Shown here: one piece after another, positions 1 through 9,427 of the stretch
How the letters are laid out: the number at the start of each line of letters is the position of its first letter
Position numbering within the stretch: position 1 is the first letter of the stretch
Source of the DNA: Planctomycetota bacterium
GTDB lineage: Bacteria; Planctomycetota; PLA2; JAEUHO01
Reading direction: 5' to 3'
Length of the DNA: 64,000 nucleotides
Assembly: GCA_030065025.1 (NCBI GenBank)
Contig: JASJDY010000015.1
Coordinates: 2,281-66,280, forward strand
Notes under the pieces: generated by a model
The model's database searches: none
The model's input: only the letters and a program-made list of their open reading frames with translations
Told to the model about the DNA's origin: nothing
Program-made: the position numbers and the translations under genes

Positions 1-1
1 T

Positions 2-3000
2 GCCGACGAAGGAGCCCGTCCGCCCGAGAAGCACCCTGCCCGGGACGCCATCCTCGCCGCACGCGAGCGTCGAGCCCAGGCCCAGGAGGCTCTCGACGAG
101 CAGCTGGACGCGCCGCTCCCGGCCGCCGAGGTTGCTCGCATCCTCGGCGTGATCGCCGCCGATGACGAGGTGGCAGCGGCGACCGAGGCGTTCTTCCGTA
201 ACGGCAACGGCGATGTCGTCGGACCGGACGCCGACGCGCAGCGCGTCCTCGCCAAGGCTGCAGAAGCGCAGCGCTCCCCCACCGCCGTGGAAGCACGCAC
301 CGTCGCGCTCGCATTCATGGAGGCCGGACGCTTGCGCGCGTGGCTGCGCTGGCTGCGACGCGCGTTCGCCGCGGATCCCACCGACGTACGCAACGTCCAG
401 CCCCTGGCCGCCGCGCTCGTGGCGGCGCAGCGCCAGAAGGAGGCGCTGCTCGTTGTGTCGGCGCAGGAGGCGCCGGCCGACGCCGCCGTGCTCCAACTGC
501 GCGCGCAGGTGGCGACATGGCTCGGCCGCCTGCGGGTCGAGGCGTCTGCGCTGCAAGCGCTGCTCGCAGTGCAGGAATACGCGGGGAAGCGGGATCGACT
601 CATCGAGGTGCTGCGTGTGCTCGGCCGAAGCGCTGACGCCGTGCCTTACGCCAAGGCCCGCGCAGCGGCCGACCCCACGCGCGCCAACCAGGAGAGCGCC
701 GTGGCCCTGGCTCTCGAAGGCGGTCTGCTCGACGAGGCGCTGGCGATTCTCGAGGGACTGGCCGCGGGCGAGACGGACACCCGTGCGTGGCGTGAGCGCA
801 TCGTGCGCGTCGCGCTGAACGACCTGCGCCAGGATCGCGCGATCCAGGAGTTGCAGGTGCTCGTCCGGGAGCATCCGGATGGACGGTTCACGGACGAGGA
901 GGAGGGTCAGGCGTACGCCGACGTGCTGCAGGGGCTGCTGCGGGCGCGGGGGCGCGACGTGCAGCTCCTCGAACTGCTGAAGCAAAGACTGGCCGGCGAG
1001 CTTACGCCAGAACAGCGTCGCGCCACCGAGGACGAGGTGCTCTTCCTTGCCGAACAGCTCTCGCGCCCGGACGAGGCGATCGCCGTGCTACGTGCGCGGC
1101 TCGAGCGGACGTCCACCGCGGAGGCGTACATCCGCTCGTTCTTCGACTTCGACGCTGTCAAGCTGCCGGGGCACATCGAGAAGGGCGTCGCGCTGCTGGA
1201 GGCCCCCGAGACACCTCGTCAGCGCATGCGCGAGCTGTACCAACTGCTCGAAAAGCGCCTCACGGAGGCGCGACGCCGAGGCATCCTCGAGCGGCTGCTC
1301 GCACGCATGCCCGACGACCCATTCCTCGAAACCCGCCTCATGCTGCTGCTCGATGCGATCGATCCCGAAGCCAGCGCAGCACGCCTCGAGGCGCGCGCTC
1401 GGGCGAAGCCCGACGACGCTGCTCTCACGAGCCTGTGGGTGCAGCGAGCGTCGTGGATCGAGGATCTGGAGCAGCAGGTCCGCGCGCGCGAGGCACTGCG
1501 CGCGCTCGTACCGGACGACCTGAACAACGTCCGCATGCTGGCGGACATCTACGAAGCGCTGCAGCGCAAGGAAGACGCGCTCGCGGCGTGGCGCTTCCTC
1601 GCGGAGCAGGCCGGCGAGGGAACGGACATCGAAGGCCGCTTCGTCGCTGCGCTCCTCGGCAACGAACGCTACGAGGAGGCGCTCGAGATCGCACGCCGTC
1701 GGGCCGCCGCGGAGACTGCCGACGAGACCGACGCGCTGCAGCTTCTGACCGTGCTCATCGCGCTGCGGCGCTGGGAAGAGGCGCTGCCCATTCTCCGTGA
1801 CCGCGCACTCCGTCCGGACCCCGATCCCGGGGACCGCGAGCGCTACCTCGAGGTGCTGCTCGCCGCCGATCGCTTCCTCGAAGCGTTGCCGCTGCTGAAG
1901 GAACGTGCCGAAGCGGAAGGCGCGACCGACGACGACCGGGAGCGCTACATCGACGTCCTGCTCGCCGCCGAACAGTACGAAGAAGTCGTGCCGTTCCTGC
2001 GCGAGCGCGCGGATCGTTCGCGCGAGGACGAGCTGCGCTACTTGCATGTCCTGCAGGCGCTGGACCGGCGCGACGAGGTTCTCGAGGTGCTCCGCCGCCG
2101 GGCCGACGGGCCGGGCGGCACATGGGACGACCGTTTCGTGTACGCCGAGACGTTGCTCGGCGTCGAGCGCCAGGACGACGCGCTCGTCCAGTACGAGAAG
2201 CTGGAGGCCGAGCGTCCAGGGGACCCGCGCGTACTGCGCAGGCTGGCCGAGGTGCGCACGTGGACCGGCGATCCCGAGCGTGCGCTCGAGCCGGCGCGCG
2301 CCCTGCTCGCACGCCCGTACGACGCGGAGGACGAAGCAGCCCTGCGCGAGCGGGCCGTGCTGTCGTTCCTCGTCGGAGAGGCGTACACGGTTCTCGAGCG
2401 CGAGCGCGAAGCGCATGCCGCGTACTGCCGGGCGATCACGCTGTTTGAGCAGGGCGGCGCACTCTCGCCGCGAGAGCGTCGCAGCTATGCGCTGGCGCTG
2501 GCGCGCGTGGGCCGCATCGACTCGGCCGGCGTCGTGTTCGAGGCACTGGTCGAAGAGGACCCCGAGGATCTCTCCCTGCGGCTCGATCACGCGGACGCCT
2601 ACGTGAATGCCAAGCGCACGTTGCAGGCACGTCGCATCCTCGAGGCCGCGCGGCCGCTCGACGAGGACGCACCGCGCCTCTGGCGCGCCGACGCCGCCAT
2701 CGCCATGCAGGAGAAGCGCTACGAGGTCGCGGCAGGTCGACTGCGCAACGTAGTCGCCCGGAGCGAACCCGACGCCGGCCTCTATCGCGATCTCGGCTGG
2801 GCTTTCCGGCAGTCGGGTTGCTGGCGCGGCGCGCTGGGTTCGTGGTGCCGTTCCCTGCCGCTGGACTGGAACGACGACATCGCCTGGGAGATCGACCGGC
2901 TCCGCGCCGAGCTCGGACCGTATGCCAAGACGCACGCACGGCGCGCCTTCGCAGGTGACGACGAACGCACGCGCGTCGGCCTCTCGTTGCGCACGCCCCT

Positions 3001-3811
3001 GGCCGACGAACGCTGGAGCATCGCCCTGGATGTCGCTTGGGCCCGATTCGAGGGACCCGCTGCCGCCGTCGGTGGCACGGTCTCGGACGCGATCGGGATC
3101 GTGACGCTCTCGGCGCGGCGCCGCTTCGCCCGGCGCCACCACATCGAGGCCGGTGCAACGCTGATGGCCGACCGCGAGGCGGGCAGGGTGGTCGCACCGT
3201 TTGCCTCTGTTCGCCTCGAGACCATCGAGCCGTTCGCCTATGTCCAGCTCGAGGCGTTCGCCAACCGCCTGCTGGAGGACCCGGCGGGCGCCGTGGCGCT
3301 CGGCGGACGCCGCTCCGGCGTACGCGTGGAGGGTTGGCAGGACATCGGCCCGAGATGGTTCGTATCCGGTAGTTTGGCTTACGAAGACCTAGCGCTGGAC
3401 CTCCCGGGGGTCTCCGACCCCTCCGACGGCTTCGTCTCGTGGCGCGCGAGCGTCGGACGCCGCATATGGCTGGCGCCGTGTGCCTTGTCTGCCCGGCTGG
3501 ACTACACCGGCAGCCGCCTGCTGGACGATAGAGCCCTGGCAGGGTCGATTCCGTTAGGTGAGCGGTTCGACTTCATGACAGGTGCTCTGGCGCTGGAGCG
3601 CCGGATCGGGACACGGTGGGATGCGCAGATCGAGGCCTACGCGGGGGCTGACCTCGCAGGTCCAGACCTCCTCGGAGGGATCGAGGCCGCGCTCCGACTG
3701 CGTCTCCAGCGAGGCGTCCGACTCCGCTTCGCCGCCGGATACGGAAGCCAGGCCCGCTACCAGGACGGCGACTCCGGACACCTCGACGTCGAGCTCGAGC
3801 TCTTCCGCTGA
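2..3811 (+). CDS. pelB: PelB-like exopolysaccharide export scaffold: TPR-repeat region plus C-terminal porin-like domain. 5' partial, because the frame is open to the window edge; an internal GTG at 149 is the ORF-track start.
   Basis: A 1220-aa ORF with many TPR-like repeats, rich in Leu, Ala, Glu and Arg. The C-terminal ~300 aa alternates amphipathic strands typical of a beta-barrel. It sits immediately upstream of pelD, pelE, pelF and pelG homologs. There is no stop codon in frame 2 between position 2 and 149. Confidence 0.7.
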   Translation, partial: ADEGARPPEKHPARDAILAARERRAQAQEALDEQLDAPLPAAEVARILGVIAADDEVAAATEAFFRNGNGDVVGPDADAQRVLAKAAEAQRSPTAVEARTVALAFMEAGRLRAWLRWLRRAFAADPTDVRNVQPLAAALVAAQRQKEALLVVSAQEAPADAAVLQLRAQVATWLGRLRVEASALQALLAVQEYAGKRDRLIEVLRVLGRSADAVPYAKARAAADPTRANQESAVALALEGGLLDEALAILEGLAAGETDTRAWRERIVRVALNDLRQDRAIQELQVLVREHPDGRFTDEEEGQAYADVLQGLLRARGRDVQLLELLKQRLAGELTPEQRRATEDEVLFLAEQLSRPDEAIAVLRARLERTSTAEAYIRSFFDFDAVKLPGHIEKGVALLEAPETPRQRMRELYQLLEKRLTEARRRGILERLLARMPDDPFLETRLMLLLDAIDPEASAARLEARARAKPDDAALTSLWVQRASWIEDLEQQVRAREALRALVPDDLNNVRMLADIYEALQRKEDALAAWRFLAEQAGEGTDIEGRFVAALLGNERYEEALEIARRRAAAETADETDALQLLTVLIALRRWEEALPILRDRALRPDPDPGDRERYLEVLLAADRFLEALPLLKERAEAEGATDDDRERYIDVLLAAEQYEEVVPFLRERADRSREDELRYLHVLQALDRRDEVLEVLRRRADGPGGTWDDRFVYAETLLGVERQDDALVQYEKLEAERPGDPRVLRRLAEVRTWTGDPERALEPARALLARPYDAEDEAALRERAVLSFLVGEAYTVLEREREAHAAYCRAITLFEQGGALSPRERRSYALALARVGRIDSAGVVFEALVEEDPEDLSLRLDHADAYVNAKRTLQARRILEAARPLDEDAPRLWRADAAIAMQEKRYEVAAGRLRNVVARSEPDAGLYRDLGWAFRQSGCWRGALGSWCRSLPLDWNDDIAWEIDRLRAELGPYAKTHARRAFAGDDERTRVGLSLRTPLADERWSIALDVAWARFEGPAAAVGGTVSDAIGIVTLSARRRFARRHHIEAGATLMADREAGRVVAPFASVRLETIEPFAYVQLEAFANRLLEDPAGAVALGGRRSGVRVEGWQDIGPRWFVSGSLAYEDLALDLPGVSDPSDGFVSWRASVGRRIWLAPCALSARLDYTGSRLLDDRALAGSIPLGERFDFMTGALALERRIGTRWDAQIEAYAGADLAGPDLLGGIEAALRLRLQRGVRLRFAAGYGSQARYQDGDSGHLDVELELFR

Positions 3812-3893
3812 CGCCTCCGGGCGACCCGCCACCGGCCTCCGTCGCGCCCTCGTCGAGATCGGCATCCTCTACAGCGTCATCGTCGCGCTCGAG

Positions 3894-5600
3894 ATGATCG
3901 TGAATGAAGGGCGCGTCGGCGCCCTCGGCGCTCACCCCCATCCGTACTGGATCGTCGTGCTGCCGATGGCCGCCAGCCGCGGCACCATCGCCGGCATTCT
4001 CGCGGCACTCGTCGGCACCTCGCTCGAGGTCATCGGGCTCGCGCAGATCGGCCAGCTGAACCTGTCCACGTTGTTCGATCTCGGCCCGTTCGGCCAAGGC
4101 GTGCTGTTCTTCGGCGCGGCGTTCTTCATCGGCGAGATCCACGACTCGCACGCGAAGCGTCATCAGGACCTGGGCAAGGACCTCGACGAAGAACGCGAGC
4201 GGAGCGAGCGCCTGCAGCACGAGCGCGACGTTCTCGAAGCCGCGACGCACCACCTGCGCCGTACCGTGCAGGAGCGCCCGTCGCTCCGGCGCAGCCTCCT
4301 GGATGGCGCCGTGGGCATCGAGACGCACAGCCGGGAGGCGATCGCAGCGACCATCCTGGATCTTGCACACGAGCAGTGTCACGCGTCCATGGCGTCGATC
4401 TGGGTCGTGGACGGCGAGCAGCGCATCGACCTCATGCAGACGCACGGCTGGAGCGGCGACCAGGAGTCGCGGCGCATCGCGACGGTACGCGCGAGCGAGC
4501 ACGTCCGCGAGGTCATCCGAAACGCCGTCCCCCACAACAGCCTCCTCCAGACGAAGGCACCCGATCGCGACGAGCCGCTCCTCATCGCGCCGCTCTCCGA
4601 CGGCCGCGGTGTGCTCTGGGGACTCCTCTGTCTCGACGACCTCGATCCCGTGTACCTCACGACGGAGACCGCCGAGGTGTTCTTCGGCCTCGCCGAGTGG
4701 ATGACGGCGGCCCTCATGCGGCTCGACCGAGAGGAGCGTGACAGTGCGCTCCACGCCGACCTCCTCGAGCCCGAGTCGCTCGCAGAGCGACTGTGGCTGG
4801 AGTACGACCGCGCCGCCCGCTACGGAGGCCCGCTGCGCCTCATCGGCATCCACGTGGTGCCCGACGAGGCGGGTACGCGCGCCGCAACGGAGAAGGCGGA
4901 CGCCGCCCTGCTCGAGGCGCTCGCGGGCTTCCCGTTCGGCGAACGCCCGTATCGCTTCGGCTACCCGGGCTGCTACGTCCTCGCCGCTCCCATGATCCAC
5001 GACGACGACCTGGATGCGCTCCAGCGCAAGGTCGTCGCCGGCGCCGCCGAGGATGACGTGGCGCTCGAGACGTTCGTCGCCACGCTCGACGGCGAGGCCT
5101 CGGACCTCGAAGCGTTGCTCGATCAGTGTGCGCAGCGCTTCCGCGCTTCCGCGCATCTGCCGCTGGCGGCCGTAGCGCCCGTCCGGATCCCGGCGTCGCT
5201 GCAAGTCGGCGGGGCTCATGACCTCCGTGCGCGGCTCCAGGTCGAGATGGCCCTGGCCGAGCGCAACCACCGACCGCTCACCGCACTCCTGCTCCATACG
5301 GGCAGCGCCGGCCGCACCACCGAGCGTGCCCTCATTCTCGACGCAACGCGCGCCACCGGCGCGTTGCGTCCCGTCGACGGGCTCTTCCGCCTGCCCGACG
5401 GTCGTTTCGTTCTCTTGTTGCCGTTCACCGATGCCGAGGGCGCGCAGGTCACCGTCACCCGCTTCCTGCGCGTGCTCCAGGAGCGCAATCCCGACGCTTC
5501 CTATCTGCCGCTTCGCGTGAACCCCGCGACGCCCGAGCAGCTGGCCACTGATCTGGCCGGCCCGCACGCGCCGCGTGACTCCGGGGAGCCCGCCGCATGA
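3894..5600 (+). CDS. pelD: PelD-like c-di-GMP receptor: N-terminal TM helices, a GAF domain and a degenerate GGDEF domain (RYGGPLR instead of GGDEF).
   Basis: TM segments are followed by a GAF-like segment (ILDLAHEQCHASMASIWVV...LLCLDD) and a GGDEF-like segment with a degenerate active site (DRAARYGGPLRLIGIHVV). The gene order is pelB, pelD, pelE, pelF, pelG. The start is uncertain: the first canonical in-frame start after the pelB stop is ATG 3894, which would clip the first predicted TM helix. Confidence 0.55.
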   Translation: MIVNEGRVGALGAHPHPYWIVVLPMAASRGTIAGILAALVGTSLEVIGLAQIGQLNLSTLFDLGPFGQGVLFFGAAFFIGEIHDSHAKRHQDLGKDLDEERERSERLQHERDVLEAATHHLRRTVQERPSLRRSLLDGAVGIETHSREAIAATILDLAHEQCHASMASIWVVDGEQRIDLMQTHGWSGDQESRRIATVRASEHVREVIRNAVPHNSLLQTKAPDRDEPLLIAPLSDGRGVLWGLLCLDDLDPVYLTTETAEVFFGLAEWMTAALMRLDREERDSALHADLLEPESLAERLWLEYDRAARYGGPLRLIGIHVVPDEAGTRAATEKADAALLEALAGFPFGERPYRFGYPGCYVLAAPMIHDDDLDALQRKVVAGAAEDDVALETFVATLDGEASDLEALLDQCAQRFRASAHLPLAAVAPVRIPASLQVGGAHDLRARLQVEMALAERNHRPLTALLLHTGSAGRTTERALILDATRATGALRPVDGLFRLPDGRFVLLLPFTDAEGAQVTVTRFLRVLQERNPDASYLPLRVNPATPEQLATDLAGPHAPRDSGEPAA

Positions 5601-6526
5601 GCACCGGACGGGCATCCCTCTTCGTCGTGGCCATCGCCGCGGCACTCCTGGACATCGGCGCCCTGGTCCTGGGTGCCGATGGATCCTGGCTGGGGTATCT
5701 GATCGCCGTCACCGTTCACCTACTAGCAACCGAGCTGGTTCGCCACCGTGTCCACTCGGTCTGCGGTGACGGCGCATCAGGCACCCTGGCCGTCCTGGGC
5801 ACCTTCGCGGTGCCCGTCTTCGGGGCGTTCCTCGCCACCACCCTGCACGTGCCCGAGGAGGCGGGCTCGGCGGACCGGGCGAGCCGCATCCTGGAGGAGT
5901 ACGACGCGTTCGTGCACTACCGGGAGGAGCCCCACCGGCCCTCGCCCTTCACGGGGAACTTCCAGGAAGACCTGGTCACGTTCGCCTCGGTCGAGAGCCA
6001 TGGCGTCGTGATGCGCAGCGGCACGAAGGCACAGAAGCGTGAGGTGCTCAGCCGGCTCGTGGAATCGGGCCGTCCGGACCTCATCGCCCAGGTCCGCGGA
6101 GCGCTCACGGACTCCGACCCGGAGGTCCGCCTGCTCGCCTACGGCGAGCTCCTGCGGCTGGAGTCGAAGCTGTACGCCGACCTGCAGGAGGCGGCGGATC
6201 GCGCCGAGGGCGATCCGACGGCCGATGGCCTGCGCGCCGCCGTCGTCCTGGCCCACCGCCGGCTGGCCACGTCCGGCGTGCTCGATGACGCCATGAGCGA
6301 TTGGCACGCGGGCGAGGCCCAGCGCATGGAGGAGGCGATCGGCTCGATGGTCTCGACGGGTGCACCCACCGGCACCGTCGATCCCGAGCAGATGGCCGCG
6401 GCAGCCTTCCGCGAGCGCTCGTTCGCGTACGTGCGCGCCTTCGGCCGCGCCCTGGCCAAGGAGGGGAAGGACGTGCCCGAGTGGATCCGCGCCCTCGATC
6501 CGGAAGTCCGTGAGGAGGTCGCATGA
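5597..6526 (+). CDS. pelE: PelE-like inner-membrane protein with N-terminal TM helices and a helical, TPR-like cytoplasmic domain.
   Basis: 309 aa with 2-4 N-terminal TM helices and then an alpha-helical region. It shares a 4-nt overlap with both the pelD stop and the pelF start, and its position between pelD and pelF matches the Pel operon. Confidence 0.5.
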   Translation: MSTGRASLFVVAIAAALLDIGALVLGADGSWLGYLIAVTVHLLATELVRHRVHSVCGDGASGTLAVLGTFAVPVFGAFLATTLHVPEEAGSADRASRILEEYDAFVHYREEPHRPSPFTGNFQEDLVTFASVESHGVVMRSGTKAQKREVLSRLVESGRPDLIAQVRGALTDSDPEVRLLAYGELLRLESKLYADLQEAADRAEGDPTADGLRAAVVLAHRRLATSGVLDDAMSDWHAGEAQRMEEAIGSMVSTGAPTGTVDPEQMAAAAFRERSFAYVRAFGRALAKEGKDVPEWIRALDPEVREEVA

Positions 6527-8019
6527 CGGCCGATGTCTGCCTGGTCCTGGAAGGCACCTACCCGTACGTGCCGGGTGGTGTCTCGGCGTGGGTGCACACG
6601 CTGGTCACGTCGCTACCCGACCTGACGTTCCACATCCTCCACCTGAGCGCCGCGCCGGGTTCGTACCCCAAGGGCATGCGCTATGAGATGCCGTCCAACG
6701 TCGTCGGACTCGACGAAGTGCACCTGCAGACCGGCGACGAGGATCTGCTGACCCGCTTCTCGGCGAAGCAGGTCGACGAGGAAGCGATCGCGTGCTTCGC
6801 AGACTTCTTCGACCAGGTCCGCGCAGGCGATGGCGATGCCTTCGCCGCGTTCTTCGACCTCGTCAACGACCCGGAGCGTGCCCGCCTGATGCGCCGGATG
6901 CTGCTGCAGTCCCAGGACGCCTGGGACGTGATGGTCGCTGCGTACCGCGAGGAGGCACCTGAGCGCAGCTTCCTTCGCTTCGTGTGGACGTGGCGCTTCG
7001 CGTTCCTGCCGCTGTTCAACGCGCTCGCCGCGCCTGTGCCCGACGCCCGCTGCTTCCACACGGTCTGCACGGGCTACTCCGGGATCCTCGCCGCCGGCGC
7101 CAAGGCGAAGACGGGCCGCCCGATGATCCTCACGGAGCACGGCATCTACACCCGCGAGCGACGGATCGACATCCAGAGCGCGGACTGGATCCCCGACCAT
7201 GCCGCCCACGAGTCGCTCGTGCCGCGCACGCCGCCCTTCTTCCGTGCGTTCTGGATGCGCCAGTTCGAGGTCATGAGCCGCATCTGCTACGAGTCCGCCG
7301 ACGGCATCTTCACGCTCTATGAGGGCAACCGGCGACTGCAGATCGGCGACGGCGCGGACAAGGACCTCATCCGCATCGTGGTCAACGGCATCGACCTCGA
7401 GCGCTACGGCAACGCACCCGCCGACGCTGAGACGCGCGACCCGAACGCCTTCACGATCGGCTTCATCGGCCGCGTGTGTCCCATCAAGGACGTGCGCACG
7501 CTGCTCCAGTCGATGCGCCTCGTCGTGGACGAGCTGCCGCACGCGCGCTTGCGCATCTGCGGGCCGCTGGACGAAGCCGAGTACGTCGACGAGTGCCGTC
7601 GGCTCACGCGGACACTGCGCTTGGAGCAGCACGTCGTCTTCGAGGGCCTGGTGGACGTCCCCCGCGTCCTGGGAGCGCTCGACCTGTGCGTCCTCTCGAG
7701 CATCTCCGAGGCGCAGCCGCTCACGATCCTCGAAGTCGGTGCGCGCGGCATCCCCGTCGTGGCGACGGACGTCGGTGCGTGCAGCGAGCTGCTCGGCGGG
7801 CGCACGCCCGAGGACCGTGCACTGGGCGACGGTGGGCTGGTGGTCCCGATGGCCACACCGGGCGCGATGGCGCGGGCCCTCGTGAAGCTCGCCCGCGACG
7901 AGGAGCTGTGTCGCTCCATGGGTGCCGCGATGCGTCAGCGCGTGCAGCGCTTCTACGACGTCGCCGACATGGTTCGCGAGTACGGCGACATCTACCGCAG
8001 TCACGTGGAGGCGGCCTGA
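6523..8019 (+). CDS. pelF: PelF-like GT4 family glycosyltransferase.
   Basis: 498 aa. It carries the GT4 signature region (ISEAQPLTILEVGARGIPVVATDVGACSELL) and a Rossmann-like C-terminal half. The size and position match PelF. Confidence 0.8.
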   Translation: MTADVCLVLEGTYPYVPGGVSAWVHTLVTSLPDLTFHILHLSAAPGSYPKGMRYEMPSNVVGLDEVHLQTGDEDLLTRFSAKQVDEEAIACFADFFDQVRAGDGDAFAAFFDLVNDPERARLMRRMLLQSQDAWDVMVAAYREEAPERSFLRFVWTWRFAFLPLFNALAAPVPDARCFHTVCTGYSGILAAGAKAKTGRPMILTEHGIYTRERRIDIQSADWIPDHAAHESLVPRTPPFFRAFWMRQFEVMSRICYESADGIFTLYEGNRRLQIGDGADKDLIRIVVNGIDLERYGNAPADAETRDPNAFTIGFIGRVCPIKDVRTLLQSMRLVVDELPHARLRICGPLDEAEYVDECRRLTRTLRLEQHVVFEGLVDVPRVLGALDLCVLSSISEAQPLTILEVGARGIPVVATDVGACSELLGGRTPEDRALGDGGLVVPMATPGAMARALVKLARDEELCRSMGAAMRQRVQRFYDVADMVREYGDIYRSHVEAA

Positions 8020-8020
8020 C

Positions 8021-9427
8021 ATGGCGGGTATCGGCTTCGAGCTGAAACGCCTCATCACTGAGGAAGGCGGCCTGATCTCGCGCGTGCGGGGCTATGCGAT
8101 CGCAAGCCTCGTGTCCGCAGGTCCGTGGATCGTCACGATCGTGGGGCTGGTCTGCATCAGCCTCACGGCACCGGTCTTCCTGGACCAGGACACGTACGAG
8201 GCGTTCCGCGCGATCGTGACGTACGCATTCGCGTTCAGCCTGATCGTGGTCGGCGCAGTGCAGATGAGCTTCACGCGCCGGGCGGCGGACCTGCTGTACT
8301 CGAAGCACTACAAGCGTCTGCTGCCGGCCCTGGCGCACGGGTCGAAGATCATCGCCATCGTGCAGGGCTTCATCGGGACGTTCTTCTGCGCGCTGGCGGG
8401 TCTGCCCGTCGCCCTGTCGATCGCCTCCGTGACGCTCTACATCGTCATCAGCCTCACGTGGCTAGCGCTCATCTGGCTCGGCGCAACCAAGGAGCACAAG
8501 AGCGTGCTCCGCTCCTATCTCTACGGCGGCCTGGTGTCCTTCGCCGGTGTGTCGCTGGCCGCTGCCGGAGCCTGGGGCATCGACCAGAGCGCGGCCTCGC
8601 TCGTGGGCGCGTACGCCCTGGGGCAGGGCCTCACGCTCGTGCTGCTCCTGCGAGCCGCCGTGAAGGCGCTCGACATGGGTGGCGTCGAAGACGGCAGCAT
8701 CATGCGGAGCGTCCGGACGTACCCGCGCCTGGCGCTGGTCGGCTTGCTCTACAACACCGCCATCTGGGCGGACCAGATCGTCTTCTGGTGCGTGGACGGC
8801 GTGGGCACCCACGTCCGCTTCCACCCGCTCTACGACACCTGCAAGTTCCTCGCGTACGCGTCGGTGATCCCTTCGCTCGCACTGATGCTGGTGCGCGTCG
8901 AGACCAGCTTCTACGAGTGCTACCGTGCGTTCTACGGCAGCATCCTGCGGGGCTTCCCGCTCGAGACGATCGAGCGCCGCAAGCGGGCCATGCTGGAGGA
9001 CCTGCGCGAGAGCACGGTCCGGCTGCTGCGCATCCAAGGCGCCGTGACCCTGGTGATGCTGTTGCTCGCCCCGACGATCATCCGCCTGCTCGGTCTGGGC
9101 GACGCGGCCGTCGACGTGCTGAGGGCCTGCTCACTCGCGGCTTTCTTCCACGTGATGCTGCTGATCGTCATCCTCGTGCAGATGTACTTCGACCTCCGCA
9201 GCAGCGCGCTGTGGACCTCACTCGTGTTCCTGGTCGCCAACACCGTGCTCGCGCTGTGGAGTGTCGGGGCGGGTGTCAACACCTACGGCATTGGCTACGC
9301 CGCGGCGGCATTCCTCGCGCTGTGCTTCGCCTACGCCACGCTGGTACGCAACTACGACCGCCTCGAGTTCCTGTCGTTCACGCAGCGCCCGGTCGAGATC
9401 GATCCGTTGCCCGAGAGCGCACGCTAG
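8021..9427 (+). CDS. pelG: PelG-like polytopic membrane protein (PST/MATE-like, about 12 TM).
   Basis: The N-terminus MAGIGFELKRLITEEGGL is characteristic of PelG. The 468-aa product is highly hydrophobic with about 12 TM segments. The ATG lies 1 nt after the pelF stop. Confidence 0.75.
   Translation: MAGIGFELKRLITEEGGLISRVRGYAIASLVSAGPWIVTIVGLVCISLTAPVFLDQDTYEAFRAIVTYAFAFSLIVVGAVQMSFTRRAADLLYSKHYKRLLPALAHGSKIIAIVQGFIGTFFCALAGLPVALSIASVTLYIVISLTWLALIWLGATKEHKSVLRSYLYGGLVSFAGVSLAAAGAWGIDQSAASLVGAYALGQGLTLVLLLRAAVKALDMGGVEDGSIMRSVRTYPRLALVGLLYNTAIWADQIVFWCVDGVGTHVRFHPLYDTCKFLAYASVIPSLALMLVRVETSFYECYRAFYGSILRGFPLETIERRKRAMLEDLRESTVRLLRIQGAVTLVMLLLAPTIIRLLGLGDAAVDVLRACSLAAFFHVMLLIVILVQMYFDLRSSALWTSLVFLVANTVLALWSVGAGVNTYGIGYAAAAFLALCFAYATLVRNYDRLEFLSFTQRPVEIDPLPESAR

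Noticed and set aside
1088-3142. 684-aa minus-strand ORF antisense to pelB, and similar long antisense ORFs at 3573-5645, 6613-8058, 15449-16582, 19265-20920, 29052-32159, 34691-39178, 40797-44957, 55247-57385 and 58221-61451.
   Set aside because: They are GC-rich antisense artefacts. Their translations are dominated by Arg, Gly, Ala and Pro with no motifs. The opposite strand carries clear domain-bearing genes.
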